64,000 nt of DNA from Catajapyx aquilonaris (lineage: Eukaryota): contig KZ538255.1 in the NCBI GenBank assembly GCA_000934665.2, positions 1 to 64,000 of the forward strand, given 5' to 3'. Both the position numbers and the translations under genes were made by a program. This document shows positions 26,901-39,217 of this stretch, one piece after another. Each line of letters begins with the position of its first letter. Within the stretch, counting starts at the first letter, position 1. The notes under the pieces are model-generated. The model was given only the letters and a program-made list of their open reading frames with translations. It searched no databases and was not told the origin of the DNA.

Positions 26901-29900
26901 CAGGAAACCCAAGGACGCCCCAACTTGGGTTGCTCCGAAGCCACTCAAGGTGCCTTACACGCTTGAACAAAATTTCACCTTGCACATTTGCAAAAGTGTG
27001 GGTCGACACAGGTGCATATCCTTGCAAAATCCAAGGCCAAATTTCGCAACAGGTTCCTCCTCTGTGTTGCTCAGATAAACGGAAGATAAAGGAAGTATTA
27101 TCACTGTACTTGTCCCCTGCAGGCTTCCCCTGTGGCCAAATAATTAGGGGCAATGGCCGTGGACTCAACAGTTGGATTTTTGAGGGGATCCCCTTAAAAG
27201 GGCATGGAGCTTCAGACTTATGCAACCTTCCTGTTTAGTAGTATTAGTACACAACACAACTGATGATGTCCTTGAGCAGGTTACGTGAAAAAGATGATGA
27301 CGTCCCGGGCCAGTGGCCTCCAACAGCATGTTGGGCATTCCGACCTTGGCCTCCCCATTTCTGGGGCCTACCTGGCCCACGCCACTTTCGGCCAGGTTGA
27401 GGTGGAACCGCGCAGCCCGAAAGAGTCTTATTGGCAGAGCCGCAATAACGTTCGTTGGCCCACTCATTCCCGCATTCAGATTTTTTTCTCGAGAAAAAGT
27501 CTTATAGCATGGCTCTTGTCTGTCTGTGGACAGGTATCAGACAGCCGTGCTATAAGACTTTTTCGATTTTTCTCTCGAAAAGTCCTCTAGACGGCTTTTT
27601 CTGTGGACAGGTATCAGCAGACAGTGCCGTGCTTTTTTCGCGAGAGGAAAAAAACGGCAAAGTCTTATAGCACGGCAGTCTGATACCTGTCTACACGGAG
27701 CCGTTCTATAGGACTTTTTAGAGAGAGAAATAATCGAAAGTCTTATAGCACGGCACTGTCTGCTGCTACCTGTCCACAACCAAGCCGTTCTATAGCACTC
27801 TTTTCGAGAGAAAAGTGAAAAATAAGTCCTACAGAACGGCTCTGTCTGTCTGTCTGTGGACAGGCATCAGAGCCGTGCTATAAGACTTTTTGATGTTTTT
27901 CTCGAAGCAAGTCCTATAGAACGACTCTGTCTGTGGACAGGTATCAGACAGAGCCGTGCTCTAAGACATTTCGATTTTTTTCTCGAAACAAGTCCTATAG
28001 AACGGCTGTCTGTCTGTGGACAGGTATCAGACAGAGCCGTGGTATAAGACTTTTCGATGATTTTCTCGAAACACTTCGCTGGTTCCATAAGAACCAGCTG
28101 GAACCATAAGAAACACTTCGCTATAGAACGGCTCTGTCTGTCTGTGGACATGTATCAGACAGAGCCGCGCGATAATAATTTCTCTCTCGAAAAAGTCTAA
28201 AATAATGCAGGGCGACATGCCGTGCCTGTCAGGGCCACACGGCCTGTGTACCCCCCGAGAAGAACGCACAGAGGGAATCCTGACTTACCTGCGTGTTGGG
28301 TGCGTCTCCGCCCCCGCCGCTGAAGACGGAGGAGGTGCTTCGCCCGAGCAGCACCGCCTTCTCGGCATCGGACAAGGCGCAGCTCTCCACCTCCTGCAGC
28401 TCCTGCAGCCGGCCCTTCAGAGCCGCGTTCTCAGACACCAGGCCCTGCAGGCGCTCCTGCAGGTCCGGCTGGGGCTCCTCCTGGTGCTGCAGACGCAGCC
28501 GAAGAGACGCGTTCTCCTGCTGCAGGCACTGCAGGCGGTCCTGCAGCTCCGCGGCAGTCGGCTGAGCCTGCCAATGAGAGGCCGTTCAACCCTCCCTTTT
28601 TATTTCAAAAAAAGTAGATCAAAATCCGCTGCACATGTGTATATAAGCGAGGCCATCGAACCGGTTCCGCCCTGCAGGCGCTGCAGCAGATATTTCGCAA
28701 AAATGACAATGCGGGCCCAGAAGAGGCCAACGCTCCATCACGTCACCACGTGTCGAAAACAGTTAACCCCTTTCATTCCGTCCCCCCCACACTGTTAGAG
28801 GATTGCAGAGCTCGTAAAAATACCATCTGGCGTAGCCACCCCTCTCTTGTTTCTTTTTAAAAAAACAAACCGCCGGGCCGTAACACGAACATTTACCATT
28901 GCCCCTCAGTATTATCTCATTCCAATGACCTCTCTTACAGGCTAACACGAACTTCAGGTCTGCTACCTTACTCCTTTCCACAGTCTGCATGTGAATGAAG
29001 GTGCCTTAGAAAATCATGCAGGGCGACTTGCCGTGCCTGGCAGGGCCACGGCACGGCCAGTATTGGAATGAGGTAACCGAAGCAGGTTAGCGTAGGGGAT
29101 AAGGAGCCCGCCTGCTAATCGGGAGGTCCTGGGTTCGAATCCCGGGGCCGGCGACCCACTGACCACGGTTTTCTGTGGTTTTCCATGGTCCCCCCTAGGA
29201 CAATTCCGGGGTCGTTTCCGTAAAAATAGGCCACAGCCTCTTCCTTCCTTCCCTATCCCTCGTCCCATCCAATGGTGGTAATCCACCCCCCTAAGGGAGC
29301 CAAAGGCTCTAGCACGGGGTATGAAATAAAATAAATAAAAGTATGGAAATGAGTAAGGTAGCAGACCAGCTTGGAGGCTAACAGCTTCAGGTCTGCTACC
29401 TTACTCACTTCCATGACGTGAATACTAAGGGCAATGGTACCCTCAGTATTGCCTCATTCCAATACTGGCCGTGTCGTGGCCCTGCCAGGCACGGCAAGTC
29501 GCCCTTCATGATTTTCTAAGGCGCCTCAGTATTACCTCTTGTGGAATGAGGTGGCATCGAGGGTATGACTGCCCTCAGTATGACCTCATTCACGTCATGG
29601 AAATGAGTAAGACAGCAGACCTGCTCAAACCAGCTTGGAGGCTAACCGCTTCAGGTCTGCTACCTTACTCCTTTCCATGACGTGAATGAGGTAATACTGA
29701 GGGCAATAGTACGTCCCTCGGTGCCACCTCATTCCAAAAGACGAAGGTGGCCTCTCTTGGGAGGCTAACTTGAACTTCAGGTCCGCTACCTCACTTCCTT
29801 TCCACGACTGCATGTATATATATTTGAATGAGGTCATATTGAGGTGGCCTCTCTTGGGAGGCTAATTTGAGCTTCAGGTCCGCGAGCTACCTTCCCCTGA

Positions 29901-32082
29901 CACATCGGACAATTGACACCAATTGAAGCACAATGGGGGCCACACACAAGCCAGGCCATGACGCAGGCGGAATAATCTCCTCAGATTAGACCCGACGGAG
30001 CCATTCCTCCCACAGCATGAACAGGGTGCGACAAACAAATTGTCTCGTTAAGTACAGGGTGCTTTCCGCTGTCTTTCCAACAGTGTAGACCAGATGACAT
30101 TTCCACAACCTGTTTTCTCTCTCTCTCTCTCCCTCTCTCCCTCTCTCCAAATAAGAAGAACAGGTAGGACCCGTTTGCCGTATTTTCCCCCACCTGTGCG
30201 ACCGACTTGAGATGGGCCACCTCCATCCTGAGCTGGGCCACCTCCTCCCCTTGCGAGGTGGCCGCCTGGCTCAGCCGGGCCACCTGCTCCTCCAGCTCCT
30301 GCTTCTCCTTGGCCACCAGATCCTCCTCCTCCTGGTGGTTGCTGCTGGCCAGACTGCCCACCGACTCGGCCGCCTGCGTGTGACACCCAAAGGTCAGGTC
30401 ACCACCAGCTGACCTCCCTCCTGCTGAACGTACCTGTAGCTTCGGCTGTTGGGTGGTGGTGGTGGCAGGTCCTCCTCCGCCCCTGCGGAACAAGGATTTG
30501 AACTTCATCATGGGTGACCACCATGCGGGAGTGACCCCCGGCCGACTGAACTCCTTCCAGGCGATGCAACAGGTGGCAACCGACCGGCCCTTCCCCCCCA
30601 TTGGCCACTCTCCATCCCACACACGCCCCACGTCACCAGGCACTCCAGATGGACCCTACACGCCATCTACCGGCCCTATACTCGGCCGTGTATTATTAAT
30701 AACACGGCGGATATCTTTAGACCACGGGGATGCACGTGTAGCGCGGTTGCCACTGTCACTTGGACACCCTAGTAGGGGTTAGTCACTTACATTTTTGGGG
30801 GGTACACCCGGGGCCACGACCCGGACCACCCTCGGACTAAAGGGTAGTCCGCGTACACCTTCGCACTGTTCGTAGGTAGTCCGAGTAGTCAGGTTGTCAG
30901 TGCACGCAAAATAATGCAAGTGAATAACCCCTCGATCGGACTGCCCTGAATTAATCTGGACTACCCAGACTTCCCACAGACTACTCGGGTAGTCCAGACT
31001 GGACCTTGGACTGCACTACCCCTTATACGTATATTTTTGCGTACCCGGACTACCCCTCGGACTACCAACGAAGGTGTATACACAAGCCGACACGGACTAC
31101 CTTTAGTGAATAACCCCTTGTGGACTACTCGGGTCAATGGGCTATTCACTTAGCCTATATATTCTTTACATACACGGACTACCCGGACTACTTGGGTAGT
31201 CCAGACTGGACTACTTCTTACATTTAAATGTTTTGCGTACACGGACTACGCTAGTAGTTCAGACTGGGCTACCCAGACTAACCTTGGTGACTACTCGGAC
31301 TAACCCTCGGACTACCCCTGGACTACCCCTCGGACTACTCGGGTAGTTAAGACTGGACTACCCGCACTACCTCCTCGGACTTCCCTGGACTTCCCGGACT
31401 ACCTACGAATAAGGTGTACACGGACTACCCTTAGTGAAGAACCCCTTGTTGCAAACCCATGTGAAAAAAGTCGCAATTATTTTAAAGTTTCATGAAATAC
31501 GTGTTAGTATTCGAGATACGATTGATCAAAAATCATTAATTATACGATGTCGTACTGTCCTCCGACGTCACGCGCCATATAAACAAGTGTGGTGCAGGAG
31601 TCGGAATGCGACTTTTAGGCCACGCCCCCTTTCTCCCCGCCAACTTGAATGTGACTTAGTTTATCGAGGAATGAAATTTTGGTGCTGAGAATTCGCGGAA
31701 TTTGTTCATATGTATCGGGCAAGTGCGACCGTGCCTGTCAGGGCCCATACCTGTTTCGCTTGATGTCCTGTGGGGTGCTCAGCCTGGAGCCTTTCTTAGG
31801 TGGCGCTGCATCGGCTGGGGTTGTGGGTCGTACGCTCACAGCCTGGGTACCATAGCATCTGGCAGCGGTCCGCGTGGTCAGCGGCGCGCTTCTCTTGACC
31901 CCACTCTGGTGACTGCTGCACACGCTACTGGCGCCCCTCTTGGCTGATGCCGGCGCCTGTGGCTTGCTCTGTGACAATGGCGTCGACGCAGCTGGCCTGG
32001 ATGGCCGCTGAGGCGTCGCTCGAGTGGGCGCCGTCGACGAGGTCAGCGCCGTCGGACCGGGTCGACCTTTCGGGGGCGCCAT
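23933..32082 (-). CDS. SPECC1L: Cytospin-A / SPECC1-like coiled-coil protein with C-terminal calponin-homology domain
   Basis: Exons (minus strand) 32082-31751, 30482-30434 (or alternative start 30511-30434), 30373-30194, 28567-28289, 26822-25914, 25851-25456, 25397-25125, 25068-24762, 24624-24478, 24358-24081, 24022-23933; phases consistent (about 1079 or 978 aa). Motifs: [68 protein letters not shown], and CH domain [54 protein letters not shown]. Confidence 0.95.
27480..28200. repeat. Tandem/inverted array of a HINE-like head unit (about 70-80 bp)
   Basis: About nine copies of CTGTGGACAGGTATCAGACAG..CTATAAGACTTTT in both orientations; also at 42680-42890. Confidence 0.75.
28930..29890. 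repeat. Dispersed/inverted repeat cluster CTTCAGGTCTGCTACCTTACTC
   Basis: Multiple copies; inverted pair of about 70 bp at 29000-29073 / 29452-29527 encloses the SINE. Confidence 0.7.
29076..29340 (+). mobile_element. tRNA-derived SINE (family A)
   Basis: A-box-like head, B box GGTTCGAATCCC, shared body GGGGCCGGCGA..TTTTCTGTGGTTTTCC..TAGGCCACAGCC, A-rich tail; three copies in the window. Confidence 0.85.
30810..31440. repeat. Degenerate minisatellite (C)GGACTAC
   Basis: More than 20 GGACTAC/GTAGTCC motifs in both orientations upstream of the internal Cytospin start. Confidence 0.75.
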
Positions 32083-33196
32083 TTCCACACCCCTCTACAA
32101 CACCAAACAGATAAAAAAAAAACGCCATATAAGTGAGAAGCATGGTACTACCCCGGAAGCACCATCCGGGCGTGGTCAAATACATATGGTGGCAGCTAGG
32201 TCATCGTCCCCTGAGGGGCAAAAAGATGGGGTCGTCTTTTTGCCCAGAAGGGGAAAAAGAAACAGGGTGGAAAGGGCCGCAAGGTGGAACGGACACCATC
32301 ATCATCATTCCGAAGAAAAAAAATAGGGGGTACCGGAAGTGGCGTCACATCGTCAACCAGACGGTCAGGACATCGGATATTGCCCTAGGGGGTCATATTT
32401 CAATTTTTGGGACGTACACTTCATACAGTACGTGAATTTGCAAATTTCGACAGACATGCCAACTTATTAAAAATATGTATATCGTATACTTATGTATATG
32501 TCCACTTTTATATATAGCTACCCAACATTATTTTCCCTGCAGCTACATCATACTGGCTGTAAGTGCTCGTTAAAGTATTCCTGTACGTGCAGCTAGGAAT
32601 TCCGGATGAGAAATTCCTTCACAACCATGCGCACACGCACCATGTCGAAACATGTTTGCAACCTTTATAAAAATCTTGTCTGGTCCAGTTTCCTTAGTTG
32701 TTTTTTTTTTTTTTTTCAAAAAAATTTCTCCCATGTCCCATATATTCGTACAAGTCACTTCCAGGGAGTAACGTAGCAGACCTGAAGCTCAAAATAGCTC
32801 CCTGGAACGCCCTGGAAGTGACTGTACAAGCAGCCATTTTAGGTCAATTTTCGTGCGTTCGTACCCCTGGTCACACGAACAGTTCAGATTTGGTACTTTT
32901 TCTCATCAGAAAAAGTCATAGAATGGTTCCGTCTGTCCGTCCGTCTGTGGACGTGTATTAGGACCTAAACCGCAAGAGTTAGCGACATTTTTCGAATTCG
33001 GATTCAGCATGTCCCAAATATGTTTCATGGCCTGCCATTGTTGGCCATTTCCTGCCTAATGAGGCAAGGTCTACTCGAATCACGCTCCTGGTGATTTGCT
33101 AATCTTGTTTCAGTGTGCTTCCTGGTCACACGAAGCAGCTCAGATTTTTAGTGTGTTCGTACCCCTGTTCGCACAAACAGTTCTGATTATTTAGTA

Positions 33197-33512
33197 CTAG
33201 CTGCGGCACCCCGCGTTGCCCGGGAAGAAATGAATGAAAGGAAAACACCTGCCAGTACCCCCGTCAACTGTCTGTCTTTCTGTGTGTCCGCCCACCAATG
33301 CCATCTGTGGTCCTGCTACTCCAACACCTTGACCCTCTCCCGCCTGTATAACGGCAACCGTCATTTTCCTGCCATCTGTAGTCAACCCCCAACACCTCCA
33401 TCCTCTCCCGGCCTGGGGGTGGAGCACAGATGGCAGGCAAATGACGGTTGGCAGGCGGACAGACAGACAGAGATGAAGACAGACAGACTCACAAACTGAT
33501 TTATTTATATAG
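33197..33512 (-). mobile_element. Non-autonomous Helitron
   Basis: Minus strand starts CTATATAAATAAA, has (GTCT)n-like tract, and ends CCCGGGCAACGCGGGG..GCTAG|T (GC hairpin plus CTAG). Confidence 0.75.
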
Positions 33513-33514
33513 CT

Positions 33515-33870
33515 GTTCGTATCCATGTTCGCACGAACCATTCAGATTTCCATTGTGTTCGTACCCCTGATCGCACGAACCGTTCATAATTTTAAGTACG
33601 TTCGTACCCCAGGTCACACGAACAGTACCGTTTTATTGGGATGTCTTCTGTATACCCCAGGTGGTACGAACAGGTCAGATTTTTACTACGTTCGTACCCT
33701 TGCTCACACGAGTACTTAAGATTTTTTTTGGAGTGTTCGTACCGAGGTTCGCACCCCTGGTCACGCGAACACTTCAGATTTTTAAAAGTATGTTCGTATA
33801 TACTCACTGGCCACACGAACATTTTCAGATTTTTAGCGTGTTCGTATCCCTGGTGGCACGAACCGTTCAA
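33515..33870. repeat. Degenerate array of the same 42-bp unit (opposite orientation)
   Basis: About eight GTTCGTACCCCTGGTCACACGAACAGTTCAGATTTT-like units. Confidence 0.85.
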
Positions 33871-34608
33871 GAATTCCGTACCCCTTGCAAAACGTAACGG
33901 CACGAAAATCGCATCACGTCCCACACAAGTGAAGGTCACTAGGCACACCATCCCAAAGAATAATGTCTCTCAAGAAGTACGGGTTCCACCTGTATTCGCT
34001 TCCTGGTAACGGACGTGCACATATGCTCGATAATAATAAAAAAATTATGAATTATGCATCGGTTACAGACGGTTAATAGTTGTTTCCAAGCCCATCTGTA
34101 TGCCGGACATTATGCCATCGCTGGTCTACTTCCTCCATTTTTTTTTTTTTTTAAAAAAAAGGGTAGTCTATAACCTTGAACAGGTAACGAAATGGCGAAT
34201 TTTCCTGCCTGACTCCACGATGATCCCTGGCGTCAATTATTGATCCCAGGGATCAAAAGGGAGTGTTGCGCCAAATCGATCTTCGAGTGAGTCACAATCT
34301 GTTATGACAAGTTGATTGTCAACTTGGGACATGTTCCAACAGCGTCATGTGTATCATCTGAATATTGTGCCTCGTGTCAACGGGTCAAAAACTGCACGGA
34401 AAGACGCCATTTTTGGGGGTCATTTTTAGTGTCCCTTGGACGTACGATTCTTCCGTGGAACTCCATGGATATTTGGATGTACTGTGTACGTCCTGAGGAT
34501 ATCCAAATGTCCCTTCAGTGGAGATGAGGATATATCCATCCAGGGCTACCTGAGTTCGTACCCATCCCTATAGCAGCACGAAACGCCCTGCGACATCCTT
34601 TGGATTAT

Positions 34609-34919
34609 ACTTATATTTATTTATTTTTACTTATTTATTTCACATCATTGCATTGGGAGAATCGGCGCTCCATTAGGGGGGTGGAATACCACCATTTTAC
34701 CACTCTCTGAAATTTTTCTTCACTCATGGATGGGGCCAATGATAGAGAAGGAAGGAAGCGGCTGTGGCCTATTATACGGAAGCGACCCCGGAATTATCCT
34801 GGGGGGACCGTGGAAAACCACAGAAAATCACGCTCAGGATCGCCGGCCCCGGGAATCGAACCCAGGACCTCCCGATCAGCAGTCGGTCTCCTTTAACCAC
34901 TATACCAACTTGCTTCGGC
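34609..34919 (-). mobile_element. tRNA-derived SINE (family A)
   Basis: Reverse-complement copy: TGGTATAGTGG A box, GACTGCTGATC, GGTTCGATTCCC B box, same body, A-rich tail. Confidence 0.85.
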
Positions 34920-35496
34920 ACGTCCTACGGATATCCAAATGTCCCTTCAGTGGAGATGTGGATATCCATCCAGAGAGTTTCGTGCTACCTGGGTTCGTAC
35001 CCAGTAGCACGAAACGCCCTGCGATATCCTATGGATATCTACATATCCACTGAATCTCCACCGGATATTTCGATATCCATAGGATGTCACTGTGCTACTT
35101 AATGGTTACACAAAATCCTTAGTATTTTTAGTATGTTCGTACCCCCGGTCACACGAAACGTTCATATTTTAAGGTGTGTTCGTACCCCCGGTCACACGAA
35201 ACGATCATATTTTGAGGTGTGTTCGTACCCCTGCTCACAAGCCTGCACCGGACTTGGCTTTCCACTTTCTCGATAAAACAACCGGTGCTACACGAATCAA
35301 ATCTGGACAAACAAACAAACAAACGTTGCCTTTGACTATAGCAGCGGAGCCCATCGTATCTTACATATACACATAAGGGAATGTTTGTTTGTTTGTTTGT
35401 CCATGGCAGCTTTAAAAAAAACTGTCGAAACAGGTCGCTACTAGCATATTTTAAAATATAGTTTGTTTGTTTGTTTGTCCAGGGGTACGAGCACAC

Positions 35497-35752
35497 AAAA
35501 AAAATGAACTGTTGGTGTGACTAGTGGTCCGATCACACTAAAAATATGAACTGTTGGTGTGACTAGTGGTCCGATCACACTACAAAAATGAACTGTTGGT
35601 GTGACTAGTGGTCCGATCACACTACAAAAATGAACTGTTGGTGTGACTAGTGGTCCGATCACACTAAAAATATGAACTGTTCGTGTGACTAGTGGTACGA
35701 TCACACTAAAAAAATGAACTGTTGGTGTGACTAGTGGTCCGATCACACTAAA
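35497..35752. repeat. 42-bp tandem repeat x6
   Basis: TGAACTGTTGGTGTGACTAGTGGTCCGATCACACTA.. starting at 35505, 35547, 35589, 35631, 35673, 35715. Confidence 0.95.
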
Positions 35753-35824
35753 AATATTACATCCAAAAATTAAATTAGTATAAATTTTAAAATGTAAATT
35801 TCGTGCCATCTTCATGGCTCATGC

Positions 35825-36475
35825 TGACAGTGACGTCACTTCCCCTTGTTGTTAAAACCCGAGTTTGAACCAACCCGCGCCCAGACTTGCCAGAACAACC
35901 CCNNNNNNNNCCCCCCCCCCCCCCTCCCCAAAAACTACCCCATCAGAGCCCCCCAAATGTCCGGGTGTGGCAGGTGATTACAAGGTTGAAGGAAACTTCC
36001 GGTGTGAAAAACCGGGACCATAGACCTCTTTTAGGACCCCTCCCCATTTTAGGCGGAAACCCGGATCAATACTAAGGGTGTGTTGCAGTCATTTTTTCCC
36101 CCGTTAAAGATCGATCTAAACAGACATGTTGACGCCATTTATCATGTGACGTCATTTTCGGCGCCAATTTTTTTTAAGGTGTCCACATCTTTTTGTGCGG
36201 TATAGTACTATTAACGTCACACTATGACTCACACAAACAAGGGTTCCTCCATGGCTACTGTTGTTTACACCGCACACAAGCACAGCAACCGACCTGCCCA
36301 AAAGACCGCCAACAGGCGACTGACGCGAATCTCCCCCTTTTAGCCACCCCCACCCCCCACCCCAACCCCAACCCCTCTTCAAAAAAAAAACATGAAAAAA
36401 TCCCCCCNTACAAAAAAACAGGGTTGGAAATAACATATCAAAATAATCACAATTAATATCGATACTATCGATATT
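35825..36475 (-). promoter_or_regulatory. Candidate housekeeping promoter, probably for Cytospin
   Basis: Tandem DRE TATCGATA at 36457-36464 and 36466-36473, CREs TGACGTCA at 35831 and 36147, ETS ACTTCCGG near 35995, E2F-like TTTTCGGCGCC near 36155. The Cytospin exon ending at 32094 has an acceptor and so needs an upstream exon. Confidence 0.45.
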
Positions 36476-37561
36476 TCAGCGATTCACACACACACAAAAG
36501 AGGGGGGCGGAGTTCCCCTGTCACTTTCCATTGTAAGGTCACCATCTTTTAAGTGTGAACAATGCAGTTTCCGCTTCCATTGCAACAATGCACTTCCTAT
36601 ACATTTTTGGTCACAAAAAGTGGGTCAGTGAGGTGCGATACGTTACGTCTTGTTTTTTCCCATGTTAGTTCTCACCCTGTTTGGGAAAATGTGTTCCCCC
36701 TCTTTTCAAAAGATGGCCCCCTCAAGGCAACAGGAGGGGTGCCCCCCTCCCTCCCAAGACTAAAATCCCGTTTTGTTTGTGTCGAACCGCGAAACGAAAG
36801 GGGGGAAACCATATTGTTGTAATGTCCTTGTTGCTATGGGCCTGAAAACGGGTATAAAACTGGTATAAAACCGCGACTATATAGCAGAAACACAGGGTTT
36901 GACAAATGAAATATAATGTAAAATTGCTGCAGATGAATATACCAAAACTCGCATGATTCGAGTAGACTTTTTCCTTACTGCAAATGAAATTCAAATGGGA
37001 CAACAATAAATGACAGAATGTCGTCAGTGTCATTTCCAAGGAACACAAGGTAGATTTTGACCTTGGCTTATAAGAGTGGACCTGGGCAACCGGAAGTGGC
37101 CGGTCACCGGAAGTTGACAGTCATATAGAACGGCTCGCTGTCCGTCCGTCTGTCTGTGGACAGGCATCAGGACCCAAACTGCGAGATATAGCGACAAACT
37201 GTTTTTGGATTCGGATTCAGCGGGCCTTAAGTAGACCTATTTCTATTTAAGGCCCGCTGAATCCGAATCCGAAAACCGTTTGTCGCTATATCTCGCAGTT
37301 TGGGTCCTGATTGGGTCAGACAGACAGACAGACGGACAGAGCAGTTTTTGATAAGAAAAAGTATAAAAATCAACAATAAATCCTAAATTTTGGGCATTTA
37401 CACTTTTAAATGTGCGGTTTTCGGATTTCCCCCTGAGTCAGCGGTACGTAATGCATCAGCGTGCCAAGTTTCAGTACTCTCAGTATAGTCCGGAAGTGGG
37501 TTAAATAGCCGTGACATACATACACACCAACATTTCAGATTTATAAATGTAAGATATTAGC

Positions 37562-37848
37562 GCCTCAAGTAGCACGAATCGCCCTGGAAAATCCCATGGA
37601 TATCTGAATCTTCACTGGATATTTGGATATCCATGGGATTTTCCAGGGCGATTCGTGCTACTTGAGGGGGGGGGGGGGGTAATATCTTACATTTATAAAT
37701 CAGAAATTTTGTTGGTATGAATGTATATGTATATGTATATGTATGTCGAATCGCCCTGGAAAATCTCATGGATATCCAAATATCCACTGAATCTCCACTA
37801 GATATTTGGATATCCATGGGATTTTCCAGGGCGATTCGTGGTACTTGC
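37562..37848. mobile_element. Two short palindromic MITEs (C[A]AGTAGCAC termini, GGATATCC subterminal repeats; EnSpm/CACTA-like)
   Basis: CCTCAAGTAGCACGAATCGCCCTGGAAAATCCCATGGATATC inverted at 37563-37666, second copy 37746-37848; relatives at 34490-35100, 42153-42665 and 51823. Confidence 0.6.
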
Positions 37849-37878
37849 GCATATGTTTTGTATGAAGATTAATGTAAT

Positions 37879-38127
37879 ACCGAAGCAGGTTGGTGTGGTG
37901 GTTAAGAAGCCCGACTGCTAATCTGGGTTCGATTCCCGGGGCCGGCGATCCTGAGTGGTTTTCTGTGGTTTTCCACTGCCCCCCAGGATAATTCCGGGGT
38001 TGTTTCCGTATAATAGGCCACAGCCGCCTAATTCCTTCCCTATCCTTGGCCCCATCCAATTGTGGTATTCCACCCCCCTAATGGACCACCGATTATCCCA
38101 ATGGGGTACCTATTAAGAAACTAATTA
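37879..38127 (+). mobile_element. tRNA-derived SINE (family A) with target-site duplication
   Basis: Same head and body; ATTAATGTAA repeated at 37868-37877 and 38128-38137. Confidence 0.85.
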
Positions 38128-39217
38128 ATTAATGTAACAAGTTTTGAGCGTTACAGTACAGGATTAGTGCAGGGCAGGCATGCGACTTACACCCTTACTA
38201 CGTAGTTTTTGAGTTACGGTCTTCTTACATCTGACGGCATAAATATGGCGTTACAGTACATTTGTTGTCGTTTGTTGTGATGGGGGCTCAAAGTTACGCA
38301 ATCAGAAGTCGTTACCCCCCACACTGTACCGCCCACAGTTGGTAAGTTACATCCCCCGCCGATAGATGGCGCGCGAAGGCTCTCTCGAGCCTAATTCCAT
38401 ACACCCATTTTCGTACCCATTTATAGCCACTCCAATATGGGTCAAGCACTGTCCCGTTTTTATGTACCGCTGTCCGACTACAATGGCCACAAAAACATGC
38501 GTAACTGTACACAAAACAAGGAAGCTCTTTACCCAACAGACCGCGGGTCAAAAGGTCAAGTGAGCCGCTCTTGTTTACAAGATTATGTTCTTTTTTTTTC
38601 CACCCCGAGATATTTGCACATATGAAGGTCATGTCCCACATGTAGTACGCCCATTGGATGCTAATAATGCGCAATAAAAATTTTGGAGGGAGGTTCTGCC
38701 CACCAAATGGCCGTGGGTAATCGGATATTAAGGTGGAGGAAAATATCCTCTTTGTTGTTTTGTCGGCACTATTGTTGTCACTTTTGTGTACCAGGAAAAA
38801 ATAACGGAGTTGTCGCCTAAACGATTTATGGTCTGGATTGCCTGGTGGTGATGTGGGGGTGATTTATGACCGGCACTTTTGTGGGTGACAATGGAAGGTA
38901 TTACGTATCTGAAGAGGAGACGGAAGCAAACAATGCGGTCATTGGGAGTCAAAACGACGGTTTTGTGAGCAGTGGATACAAAATGGCGGCCGATTATTAC
39001 AATATTATCACTACTATATAAACAACTGTAACAGTAAGTTCAGGGTTTCACGGGTATTTTGACACCCCGGACGAAACAATGCGACCAAGCCAACAATTGT
39101 CTACTAAACATGGAACCAAAATGGCAGCCTACATCCACAATTTTTTGTAGCGTAAGTCCAGGATTTGAGGGCTATTTAGACACCATGGATACAGGATACA
39201 ACAATACGACCTACAGT

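Noticed and set aside
35497..35752. CRISPR-like regular repeats with internal palindrome (also 33515-33870)
   Set aside because: Units are contiguous 42-mers with no unique spacers, no cas genes, and a eukaryotic context; the 124-aa ORF over it only reflects the 14-codon period.
35885..35890. Possible GC donor (CTG|GCAAGT, minus strand) for a Cytospin non-coding exon
   Set aside because: Weak exonic context, adjacent to an assembly gap, and no reading frame to test it.
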